A stretch of DNA of 62,376 bases, counting the filler, from Chiloscyllium plagiosum (Eukaryota), in assembly GCF_004010195.1 (NCBI RefSeq). It is 5 parts of one record of this genome, joined end to end, with 100 filler letters (N's around TTAATTAATTAA, not from the genome) between each part and the next. Parts side by side here need not be neighbours in the genome. Positions count along the whole stretch, not along the records: positions 43,468 to 56,444 come from NC_057712.1; positions 56,545 to 62,376 come from NC_057712.1; 3 more parts are not named here. One strand, given 5' to 3'. Below the pieces are notes generated by a model that made no database searches, had not been told where the DNA came from, and saw only the letters and a list, made by a program, of their open reading frames with translations. Positions 52,467 through 62,376 of this stretch are shown in pieces. Both the position numbers and the translations under genes were made by a program. The first letter of the stretch is position 1; each line of letters starts with the position of its first letter.

Positions 52467-53310
52467 GTTTTTTGATTGATAAGGAGAAAGATGGTCTTCA
52501 AAAAGAATGGTTTGGAGTGGGGGAAGGCAGGTTTTATTAAAACAAGGCAGTATCTGGCCAAAGTAGACTGGGAGCTGCTATCTCTGAGTAAATCTATAGC
52601 AGAATAGTGAAGGGGAGGCATTCAAAAAGAAAACAGTGTGTTTTCTGGAAGACCCAAAATGTTCCCTTCAGGGTGAAATGTAGCAACAACAAGCCCAGAG
52701 AACCTGGGATCACTCGGAATATTCAGAACTGGATATGAAGTACAGAGAAGCTTTCACCAGATACAAAGGGAGCAAATCACAGAGGCTGTGGTGGAGTGCA
52801 GAGGGTAACTTAAACTAATTATCAGAGCAGAGAGGGCATGGAAAATTACTGGCAAAAAAATTAGGGATAATCCCAAGATGTTCATTAAGTAATAATGAGG
52901 GAAAGAGTAGGGCCCATTAGGGACCAAGGTGTGTGTGGAACTAAGTGACATCGGTAAGGTGAATAAGTGGTTCACAAGTGTTTTCACTCAGGAGAAGGTG
53001 GATGTAGGTACAGGATTCAGGAAGAGGGGGGGTGAGGTTCCTGAGCACATTGACATTGGGAGTGAGATGGTATTGGAGGTTTCAGTGAATTTGAAACTGG
53101 AAAATTCCCTGGTTTCAGGGATGGCTGCCATGGGAGGGGACGGAAGAAAGTACAGGAGCTCTGTCCCAAGTTTGTAATTCCTCTCTAGGAATTCCACAGG
53201 GAGGTGCCAGAGGACTGGAGGGTAGTTAATATAGTTCCATTTCTCAAGAGGGTAGTAAAGACAATCCAGGGAATTACAGACCAGTGAGGCTCAGGTCACT
53301 AGTAGGGGAT
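52467..53310 (+). mobile_element. CR1 ORF2 continuing downstream of the SDH motif (right flank of the satellite)
   Basis: IDKEKDGLQK..LEWGKAGFIKTRQYLAKVDWELL..KS..EAFKKK, later PEDWRVVN and DNPGNYRPVRL. Confidence 0.88.
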
Positions 53311-54010
53311 CTGTAAGGTATTTCTGATCATGTGAGGATCGTTCACCTTTACTGGTCACAACTGAACTCACTTAGAAGGTCTGGCCTTACCTTTATCAAC
53401 TGACAGATGATGAATCAACACAGGTTTCATATTTTTGAATAATAAAAAAATTGTTAAATGTGTAGTGAATCTCAGTATAGCATAACTGATGCTAAACATA
53501 CTTATGAGTCATTACAAAATAGTTGTTAAACTCCTAATGATTACCTAAGATCTGTCAAGATTCCCAGGGTAACTTTCCACAGGATATGGGGCTGAGGGTT
53601 CAGCAGGAGCCAAATGAAATGTCACATCTTCTCTGGGACCATACCCATCCCTTGGTATATCCAGCTGTAGATTGCTGGCTGTAGAGAGAGAGAGAGACAG
53701 TGGGGGCTGCTCTGATGTCCCAAACTCATAGCTGTCTGCTTCCATTTTAAACCCCACAGTTATATTGTTCTCTGACTGATCTCACCAGTCATGAAAATCC
53801 AACAGATATTAACCCCATTGGTTCCCTGGACAGAAAGCTTTGTTTGAACGTGGATGAGTTTTCCTAACCCTTGTGGCAATAGATTATAAGTGCAGGGAGG
53901 TTAACTTGGAAATGGCAGAACCTTGGTGAGGCCACAGACGGAGGACAGCGCACAGGTCTGGTCACCACACGACAGAAAAGATGTGGTTACACTGGAGGGG
54001 ATGCAGAGGA

Positions 54011-54355
54011 GCTGCAGATGTAGTCTGCTCCCTCACTAACTGAGCTAGTGTACTGTTCTTCCCTGGTATTGACCACAGCCCATGTGCCCTCAGGGAAAGC
54101 TGCAGATATTCTCTGCTCCCTCACTAACTGAGCTAGTGTACTGTTCTTCCCTGGTCTTGACGCAGCCCGTGTGCCCTCAGTGAAAGCTGCAGATGTCCTC
54201 TGCTCCCTCACTAACTGAGCTAGTGTACTGTTCTTCCCCGGTACTGACCGTAGCCCATGTGCCCTCAGTGAAAGCTGCAGATGTCCTCTGCTCCCTCACG
54301 AACTGAGCTAGTGTACTGTTCTTCCCTGGTATTGACCGCAGTCCATGTGCCCTCA
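54011..54355. repeat. 88-bp tandem repeat, 4 copies
   Basis: Unit gctgcagatgtcctctgctccctcactaactgagctagtgtactgttcttccctggtattgaccgcagcccatgtgccctcagtgaaa. Period verified (54011 to 54099). Confidence 0.95.
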
Positions 54356-54741
54356 CAACAGTTCCGGTAAACTCTGGAAGGGTGAGTACTCCCCTCTTCA
54401 GCCAATGGCTGTGGCCGGAGTCCCCTTGTAGCTACCACTCATGGCCCCCTCCCCGGTGTGTACCGTTCTTTACTGGCATCAATTGCCGCCCGTTTCCCCC
54501 TCGTGAATGCTTCAACATTATGGTTGTGGGTTCACGAGAGCCAGAAGTAGAAAATGAGGTAGAGAGAGGGTAAACTTGAACAGGGAATATTTTATTGTGT
54601 GTCCTCTCAACTCCACAGTTGGGTTTTAGACTGCCTGCTCTAGCTCCTGCCTCTGGGTCACCTGACCTGTTCTCTTAAAGAGACAGCACATACCTAACTA
54701 CCTGCGTAACAGACATGACCTCACTGGTTCCAAAACACTAC
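54356..54741 (-). mobile_element. Possible LTR element 5' end (LTR plus leader)
   Basis: Minus strand starts tgtagtg, has aataaa and a CpG-richer leader running into the 88-bp repeat. Confidence 0.4.
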
Positions 54742-55206
54742 ATCCATGGGTTGTTCTAACAGTCCACGAGACCAAAGAACATAAAGAGAAGTATCCTAGT
54801 TCATTCCTGATTGTGCTGTGACTGAATCTCATCCTGAGAATTAGACAGGAAGTAGAGGAATCTATGAAAAAGAAAGATCATGTGGAAATTCAATTATCTG
54901 ACACTATTCACAAAAAAAAAGCAAAATAAATCATGTAAAAAGCATGAGATTAGCATAGTTAACCATTTTCTTGACTCACTGCAGTAGCACATTATCTCTC
55001 AAGGCTACTATTCCCAGAGTTAGACCAAAGGTTAACGTTTTATTAAAAGATATGCACTGTATCCAACGTTACCCGATTTTCAGACCAAGATTGATATAAA
55101 ATCTGGAGTAGACTTCAGGAACAAACAAAAATTATTGTTATTTTAACCTCAGCAGTGCAGGAAGTGAACTTGCGCTGTTGACATAACTCTGCCCTGCAAA
55201 CCAGTC

Positions 55207-55482
55207 AGATTAGATTAGATTCCCTTTGGCCCAACCAGTCCACACCAACCGTCAGAGGAGGAATCCACCATACCCACTTCCCTCTGACTAATTCACCTAA
55301 CACTTTGGGCTATTGAGCATGACCAATTCACCTAATCTGCACATCTTTGGACTGTGGGCGGAAACCCACGCAGACACGGGGAGAATGTGCAAACGCCACA
55401 CAGCCAGTCGCCAGAGGCTGGAATGGAACCCAGGTCCCTGGTGCTGTGAGGCAGCAGTGCTAACCACTGAGTCACAATGCCA
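55207..55482 (-). mobile_element. HE1-type V-SINE
   Basis: tRNA-like head (gactcagtggttagcactgctgcctcacagcaccagggacctgggttcc), V-domain (ttctcccgtgtctgcgtgggtttcc), (aatct)n tail. Confidence 0.9.
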
Positions 55483-56330
55483 TCAACTAAACTAAACTAA
55501 CTTAAATAATTAGATGACAGTTACAGGTAAACAGATGTAAACTATTGGCATCTAACATTGTTAAAACACTAACCCCCTAATATAAGCCCCCTTATTGACC
55601 AAGAAATAGGGAAACAAATTGATTATTGATTAAGGTTGAAAAAATTGGAAAGTATGTTCAGCGGCCTTGGCTTCCTGATTCTGATGTTGAGAGGATCTTT
55701 CTTCGCTTAGCCCCAGCTAGAACTCCGCAGTTCCGGTTCCAACCTGTTCAGTTAGCGGAGAACTAATCAACTTCACTTGTAAACAGCTTCTCAGCTCCTG
55801 ATCATCTGCACATTGCAGAAACTTACAGCCAGAAAAACAGAGTTCAGAATAGTTTAAAGAAATATATGCAGAGACAGCCAAGGATAGATGTGAGAGCAGT
55901 TATTCTTTTCAGCAGAATCTGCCTGTTCTCTGCAGAAAAAAAACCATAGTATGGGAACCCATTCACCTGAGGGGACTAAGAAAGAATGCAGTGATAGGAG
56001 GGGACAGTGTATTCAACAAAATTACCACAATTCATTGCCACACAAAGAGTGGCCAAGGTGGCTATGGAACCAAACAATGACATGGGTCAAAGATGGACAA
56101 ACAGAAGAAATTCTGACAGGTCTATCAAAGCAACCATCAAACAATAGAATAACCATCGCCTTACAGGCACCACCGTGGCTTCACCGTTAACAATTACAGG
56201 TGACTGAGATAATTGAACAAGTCCTTAAAATCTGGGGTGTTAATTTTTGGAATTTAAGTGCTTTACCATCTTCAGATTCAATTTCCAAACCGAGCATTTC
56301 GGAATCATGTGTGTTATATCGGTCTTATTG

Positions 56331-56444
56331 GAGAGGGAGTGGGTCCCTGGTTATTTGTGGGGGGGAGGGAGTGGGTCTCTGGGTATTTGTTCAGGGGGAG
56401 GGAGTGGGTCTCTGGGTATTTGTTCGGGGCAGGGAGTGGGTCTC
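56331..56444. repeat. G-rich ~33-bp minisatellite at a contig end (3.5 visible copies)
   Basis: gagggagtgggtctctgggtatttgttcagggg repeated up to the gap. Confidence 0.85.
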
Positions 56445-56544
56445 NNNNNNNNNNNNNNNNNNNNNNNNNNNNNNNNNNNNNNNNNNNNTTAATTAATTAA
56501 NNNNNNNNNNNNNNNNNNNNNNNNNNNNNNNNNNNNNNNNNNNN
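56445..56544. other. Artificial contig linker
   Basis: N44-TTAATTAATTAA-N44. Confidence 0.97.
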
Positions 56545-56910
56545 CACTGTCAGAGGGTCAGTACTGAGGGAGTGCCGCACTGTCAGAGGGTCAGTGCTGA
56601 GGGAGTGCCACACTGTCAGAGGGTCAGTACTGAGGGAGTGCCGCACTGTCAGAGGGTCAGTACTGAGGGAGTGCCGCACTGTCAGAGGGTCAGTGCTGAG
56701 GGAGTGCCGCACTGTCAAAGGGTCAGTGCTGAGGGAGTGCCACACTGTCAGAGGGTCAGTACTGAGGGAGTGCCGCACTGTCAAACGGTCAGTACTGAGG
56801 GAGTGCTGCACTGTCAAACCGTCAGTACTGAGGGAGTGCTGCACTGTGAAAGGGTCAGTACTGAGGGAGTGCTGCACTGTCAGAGGGTCAGTACTGAGGG
56901 AGTGCTGCAC
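56545..56910. repeat. 33-bp minisatellite, 11 visible copies
   Basis: Unit cactgtcagagggtcagtactgagggagtgccg. Confidence 0.97.
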
Positions 56911-57054
56911 CATAGTCACTTGACCTCTTGCTAACAAGGGTCACATGATTCCTTTGAATCAATTAAATGTCTCAACAGGGAATGGATGGATGATGTAGCT
57001 GATCCACCACCTCATTATGAACCGCTGCGTTGCCTGTGGTCAATGCCAGCTCAC

Positions 57055-57187
57055 CTCTCATGCTTCATCTCGTTGTAAAGGAAGATGTTCCCAAGGATAG
57101 TCTTTTTTTGGATCAGTGAACCTCTGGGTTTCTGAAGCTTTGAAAGCATTTCCTCAATGATAGCAGATTTCCCAACCCCAGATTCAC
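57055..57187 (-). CDS. DNAH14: Internal exon (133 bp, phase 1/2) of a DNAH14-like axonemal dynein heavy chain, AAA3 Walker A
   Basis: Acceptor tctttacttactgcag and donor gtgagc. Translates (G)ESGVGKSAIIEEMLSKLQKPRGSLIQKKTILGNIFLYNEMKHE, versus recalled human DNAH14 GESGVGKTAAINQMLEKLEGPGAFDIKHGSILGDTLLYSEIKKS. Confidence 0.82.
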
Positions 57188-58396
57188 CTGCAGTAAGTAA
57201 AGACAATCAAAAGTCCGGCATAAAATCCTAACAAGGTTCACAAGTGTATATTTCTGATGGTGAGCTGGATTTCTGGGTCTGATCCTTCAATATCCTAACA
57301 GGAAATGTCTTTTCACTTTGGGAAGAAGTAGATCCCGTGCTTTTCGGGAATGGATGAGGAAACGTATCACGGGATGAGGCTTTAAACTAACAGAACAGCC
57401 TTATGATTTTGACCTGAAATAATTTGACGATTATTACCTTGGTCAGGTCATAGGAGAAGTGAGAAAATATATGTTCTGGAATAGATACTGGAAGGTGAGG
57501 CCTACAACTGAAAGTGTGAGAGGAAGGTTTGCATGATCTGCCGAAACGTTCTCCGATGAGCCTTTCCAGAAGGTAATGAGAACTCTGTGAGCAGGGCTCA
57601 AGGCAGTAAAGAGGTTGAGCCACCCCCAGTATGTCCAGGTCTAGGTCCAGGGCTTTGGGCATTACTAAGTCATGGGGGGGCAGAAAGCTGTAGCTTTACA
57701 GGACACATGCTTTCCTGGTGCGGTCGGTGGACCTGCATTTCTCTCTCCTTCTCTTTCTCTTTCAATTCAAGTGTTTCATTTTTGCTGAATCAGAGCTATT
57801 TTTCATGGTGACATATCAATTTTAGATTTCCCCTCTTTTAACTCGAAATGCTGGGTAATCCCTTGAACCTTATCAAAACTTGTTAAGGACCTGGTTTTTA
57901 TTTCTACCTCTAATTTGTTCATTAATTCTTTCAGTGTAGCTTACTCAGCATTTCAAATAATCCACTGTTACATCTTCTACTCCTGGGACAGTCTCAGCAA
58001 CAGTCAAAGCCATTTGGGCAAGTCCAACCTGTGTAACATACTTCACAACAACTCTCTTGTTTTGGCCTCCCAGAACCATCATGTATGTTTTTTTTGGAGA
58101 TTTAGTGATTTAATTCAATAGATTTTTATCTTGCATAAGACTTGATTTTGTTATAGAAACACAAAAACATAGAAAATAGGAGCAGGAGTAGGCCATTTGG
58201 CCCTTCAAGCCTGTTCCACCATTCAATACACATGGTCATGGTTGGTCATCCAGGTCAATACCCTGTTGCCACCTTATCCCCATACCCTTTGATCCCTCTA
58301 GCCCTAAGACTGTGGAACTATAGACTGATGAGTCTGACATCAGTGATAAGTAAGTTATTGGAGGGAATCTAATCTAATCTAATCCTGAGGGCCAGG

Positions 58397-58700
58397 ATTA
58401 GATTAGATTCCTTACAATATGGAAACAGGCCCTTCGGCCCAACAAGTCCACACTGACCCTCTGAAGAGCAACCCACCCAGACCCATTTCCCTACCCTATA
58501 TTTATCCCTGACTAATGCACCTAACACTATGGTAAATTTAGCATGGCCAATTCACCTGACTTGCACATCTTTGGAAGGACACCAACACAGACACAGGGAG
58601 AACGTACAAACTCCACACAGACATTTGCCTGTGGCTGAATTGAACCTGGGTCCCTGGTGCTGTGAGGCAGCAGTGCTAACCACTGAGCCACTGTGCCACC
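58397..58700 (-). mobile_element. HE1-type V-SINE
   Basis: Same head, body and tail as 55207-55482. Nested in a + strand CR1. Confidence 0.9.
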
Positions 58701-59139
58701 TCACAAGCGGGAGGGGGGGGGCATGTATTTGGTATACCATTTGTATACAATTTACATGTATTTGGAAAGCATGGACTAATTATGGATAGTCAGCATGGCT
58801 TTGTGCATGGTCTCACTAACTTGATTGAGTTGTCAAAGGATTGAGTTGTCCTTTGAAGAGATGTCAAAGGAGATTGATGAGGGCAGAGTGACAGACTTTG
58901 TCTATATAGGCTTCACCAAGGTGTTTGACAAGGTTCTGCATGGTACACTGATTATCAAGGTTAAATCACATGGAATTTAGGGAAAGCTAGCCATTTGGAT
59001 ACAAAACTGGATCAAAGATAGGAGACAGCGAGTGCTGATGGAGGGTTTCTTTTCAGGCTGGAGGCCTGTGACCAGTGGTGAGCCGAGTACATTGCTTTTC
59101 ATCATTTATATAAATGATTTGGATGTTAATAAATGAGGA

Positions 59140-59330
59140 AGGAGCTCTTGAGAAGATATGTAGCTCGGGTTGTGGATGAAGCAGTGGATTTGTTTGCCAA
59201 GCTGGTGTGTTTGCCTGTAAAGGTTTCGTTGCCTCACGAGGTGACATCATCAGTGTGTCTTTGGTAAGGTGTTGGTGCTCTGTCCTGCCTGGTATTTATA
59301 TTCTCTGTGTTTGTTGGTACTTCCAGTTCT
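59140..59330 (-). mobile_element. Decayed Penelope pLTR fragment
   Basis: gaagatatgtagctcgggttg...tttcgttgcctcacgaggtgacatcatcagtg is homologous to 20030-20150. Confidence 0.7.
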
Positions 59331-59524
59331 GTATCTAAATAGTTTAGTAAGTTTGCAGATGACACCAAAATTGGAGGTGTATTGGACAGTGAAGAAGGTT
59401 ACTTCAGAGTACAACGGAATCTTGATTGGATGGACCAATGGACCAAGGAGTGGCAGATGGCGTTTAATTCAGATAAACGTGAGCTAATACAATTCGTTAA
59501 GGTAAACCAGGAGAGGACTTATAC

Positions 59525-60245
59525 AAGGAAAGTGAGGAAGTGAGATGCTAGAGATCAGAGTCGAAAAGTGTGGTGCTGGAAAAGGACAGCAAGGAGCTGG
59601 AGAATCAACGTTTTGGGCATAAGCCCTTCATCAGGAATGTGGGGGCTGGATAGGAGCTGAGAGATAAATAAGGGGGTGGGGCTGGGGGGAAGGTAGCTGG
59701 GAATGTGATAGGTAGACGCAGGTGGGGGGTGATGGTGATAGGTTGGAGAGGTGGGTGGAGCGGATAGGTGGAAAGGAAGATGGACAGGTAGGACAGTTCA
59801 AGTGGGCAGTACCGGGTTGGAGGGTTGGCTCTGGGAAGAGGTGGGGGGAGTGGAGATGTCATATTGATGCCGCACGTCTTCCACCGTGGGACCCTCCAAC
59901 CACCTGGCATCAAAGTTGGCTTCACCAATTTCCTTATCTTCGCTCCCCCCACTTCACCCCAGATCCAACCCTCCAACTCAGCATCGCCCTCTTGAGCTGT
60001 CCCACCTCTCCACCTTCCTTCCTATCTGCTCCACCCTCTCCTCCAACCTATCACCATCATTCCCCACCTCATCTACCTATCATCTTCCTAGCTACCTTCC
60101 CCCCAGCCCCATCCACACCCTCTTATTTATCTCTCAGCTCCCCTATGCCCACACATTCCTGATGAAGGGCTTATGCCAAAAACGTTGACTCTCATGCTCC
60201 TCGGATGCTGCCTGAACTGCTGTGCTTTTCCACTGTATCACACTG
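59525..60245. mobile_element. ~720-bp palindrome of two inverted Penelope (Neptune-type) 3' ends
   Basis: 59525-~59870 (minus) and ~59875-60245 (plus) are reverse-complementary copies of the GIY-YIG C-terminus, 3' UTR and pLTR. Confidence 0.88.
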
Positions 60246-60456
60246 TTCAACCCAGAACTTATAAACATAATGGTGTGGTCCTGGGAAGTGTTGCTGAACA
60301 AAAAGACCTTGGGGCGCAGGTTCATAGTTCCTGTCGCAAGTGGGCAGGGTGGTGGTATGCTTTCCTTCATTGGTCCGTACATTGAGTATAGGAATTGGGA
60401 TGTCATGTTGCAGCTATACAGGACATTGGTGAGGCCAATTTTAGAATACGACATTC

Positions 60457-60675
60457 TGAAATAATTCCACAAAGGTTGGTATCCCATCACCAAGTCACCT
60501 TTTATTTACACATGCATGGTACATGTCATTGATCCAGCTCAGAGTGAGCAAAACCCCTGACACTCCTGTTTATATCAATCAGCCAGGACTCCCTGACCAG
60601 CCCAGGCTAACAGCCTCAATCAGGGAACTCATATTCTATGATGTCCATCTGGCTGACTGTGTTTCAATCACTCCA
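60457..60675 (-). mobile_element. Solo Gypsy LTR (219 bp) with 5-bp TSD
   Basis: TG...CA termini. CATTC at 60452-60456 and 60676-60680. Removing the insert restores the CR1 EY.IQF.SP sequence. Confidence 0.88.
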
Positions 60676-60748
60676 CATTCAATTCAGGTCTCCCTGCTAT
60701 AGGAAAGATGTTATGAAACTCGAAAGGGTTCAGAAAAGATTTGCAAGA

Positions 60749-61448
60749 ATTAGATTATATTCCCTACAGTGTGGAAACAGGCCTTTCGGCCCAACAAGTC
60801 CACACCAACCCTCCGAAGAGCAACCCACCCAGACCCATTCCCCTACATTCACCCCTGACTAATGCACCTAACACTATGGCAATTTAGCATGGCCAATTTA
60901 CCTAATCTGCACACCTTTGGACAGTGGGAGGAAACCAGAGCACCCGGAGGAAATCCATGCAGACACAGGGAGAATGAGTAAACTCCGTGTTTGTTGTGGT
61001 TCTGTTCGCCGAGCTGGAAATTTTTGTTGCAAACGTTTCGTCCCCTGTCTAGTGCTTGGGACATCCTCAGTGCTTGGGAGCCTCCTGTGAAGCCCTTCTG
61101 TGGTGTTTCCTCCGGCATTTATAGTGGCCTGTCCCTGCTGCTTCCGGTTGTCAGTTTCAGCTGTCCGCTGTAGTGGCCGGTATATTGGGTCCAGGTCGAT
61201 GTGTTTGTTGATGGAGTTTGTGGATGAGTGCCATGCTTCTAGGAATTCCCTGGCTGTTCTTTGTTTCGCTTGCCCTATAATGGTAGTGTTGTCCCAGTCG
61301 AATTCATGTTGTTTGTTGTCTGCGTGTGTGGCTACTAAGGATAGCTGGTCGTGTCGTTTCCACACAGACAGTTGCCTGAGGTGGGAATTGAACCCGAGTC
61401 CCTAGTGTTGTGAGTCAGCAGTGCTAACCGCTGAGCCACCGTGCCGCC
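60749..61448 (-). mobile_element. HE1-type V-SINE split by a Penelope fragment (~60988-61358)
   Basis: SINE tail at 60749 and head at 61448. The insert encodes HEFDWDNTTIIGQAKQRTAREFLEAWHS..SINKHIDLDPIY. Confidence 0.9.
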
Positions 61449-61844
61449 CTCAAATGATGTTGTCATGATTGGAGGATTTGAGCTATAGGAAGAGGCTGAA
61501 TAGGGTGGGGGCTGAGGGGTCATCTGATAGGGGCTTATAAAATCATGTGGGGCAAGAATATGGTAAATAGGCAAGGTCCTTTTCCCAAGGTGGGGGAGTC
61601 CACAACTAGAGGGTAAAGGCTTAAACTGAGAGGGGAAAGATATAAAAGTGACCTAAGCAGCAACATTTTCATGCAGAGGGTGGTGCATGAATGGAATGAG
61701 TTGCTAGAGGAAGTGGTGGAGGCTGGAAAAATTACACCATTTCAAAGGCATCTGGATGGGTATATGAATAGGAAGGGTTCAGAGGGATATGGGCCAAGTG
61801 CTGGCAAATTGGACTAGATGAGATTAGGATATCTGGTCACTTGC

Positions 61845-62376
61845 GGACACATTGGCACCAACAACATAGGTAGGAAGAGGGGTGGGGAGGTCATTCAGGA
61901 GCTCAGGGAGTCAGGCTGGAAGCTAAAAGCTAGGACGGACAGCGTCCTCCTCTCTGGGTTGTTGCCGGTGCCACGTGACAGTGAGGCAAGGAATAGGGAG
62001 AAAGTGCAGTTGAACACGTGGCTGCAAGGATGGTGTAGGAGGGAGGGCTTCAGGTATTTGGACAATTGGACTGCATTCTGGGGAAGGTGGGACCTGTACA
62101 AGCAGGACGGGTTGCACCTGAACCAGAAGGGCACCAATATCCTGGGAGGTAGGTTTGCTTGCCCTCTTCGGGGGGGTTTAAACTAATTTGGCAGGGGAAT
62201 GGGATCCGGACTTGTAGTCCAGCAAGTAGAGTAGCTGTTTCTCAGGATGTCCAAGAATGTAGGGAGGCTGTGGAGAAGGTAGCACTGACAGGGAATACTT
62301 ACGGACACAGAGATGGGTTCAAGTGCATATACTTCAACGCAAGGAGTATCAGAAATAAGGTCAGTGAACTTAAGGC
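61845..62376 (+). mobile_element. CR1 ORF1 SGNH-esterase C-terminus and ORF2 start
   Basis: HIGTNNIG...SGLLPVP...LNTWLQGWCRREGFRYLDNW...DGLHLN*, then FKCIYFNARSIRNKV at the window end. Confidence 0.92.

Larger units (their letters stand above)
58760..61840 (+). mobile_element. CR1 RT/3' region heavily interrupted by younger insertions
   Basis: [30 protein letters not shown] and 3' UTR pieces are collinear across the inserts. Confidence 0.85.

Noticed and set aside
41614..52540. Dozens of long ORFs (TALYILIIV, YFNNSDHSTV, TIIKIYSAV repeats) resembling membrane or repeat proteins
   Set aside because: By-product of a 30-bp unit lacking stops in some frames. ORFs occur on both strands and are broken by frequent 29/31-nt units. 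No splice or start context.
55400..55482. tRNA gene
   Set aside because: The A and B boxes belong to SINE heads (also at ~58620-58700, 61370-61448 and 25033-25110). No full cloverleaf.
56497..56937. Cys/His-periodic ORFs (PHCQRVSTEGV) resembling zinc fingers
   Set aside because: Translations of the 33-bp minisatellite, open on both strands.
57438..58030. Two exon-like minus-strand segments upstream of the DNAH14-like exon
   Set aside because: Translations do not match the expected preceding dynein sequence (..PVLLT), and one has stops in all frames.

Overview
Eukaryotic, repeat-dominated intronic DNA. The repeat repertoire (HE1-type V-SINEs, CR1/HER1 LINEs, Penelope-like elements, DeuSINE) suggests a shark (cartilaginous fish); this is inference. 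The window is at least 5 contigs joined by artificial N44-TTAATTAATTAA-N44 linkers. The only host-gene coding sequence I can support is three spliced minus-strand exons of axonemal dynein heavy chains. Two are N-terminal DNAH8-like exons (25503-25637, 6990-7103). One is an AAA3 P-loop exon of a different paralogue, DNAH14-like (57055-57187). Most of the rest is decayed mobile DNA: many CR1 fragments, Penelope-like elements, Gypsy/Gmr1 LTR relics, a degenerate Helitron Rep and SINEs. Most striking observations: (1) a ~10.9-kb, 30-bp satellite that is an in-place tandem expansion of the ten codons encoding the catalytic SDH motif of a CR1 endonuclease, with both parental flanks still attached; (2) several short palindromic, TSD-flanked Penelope-derived elements carrying minimal hammerhead-ribozyme cores, from three sequence families; (3) locally templated insertions, including a 141-bp inverted copy filling the centre of one palindrome. 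All family and gene assignments come from recalled motifs, not database searches.
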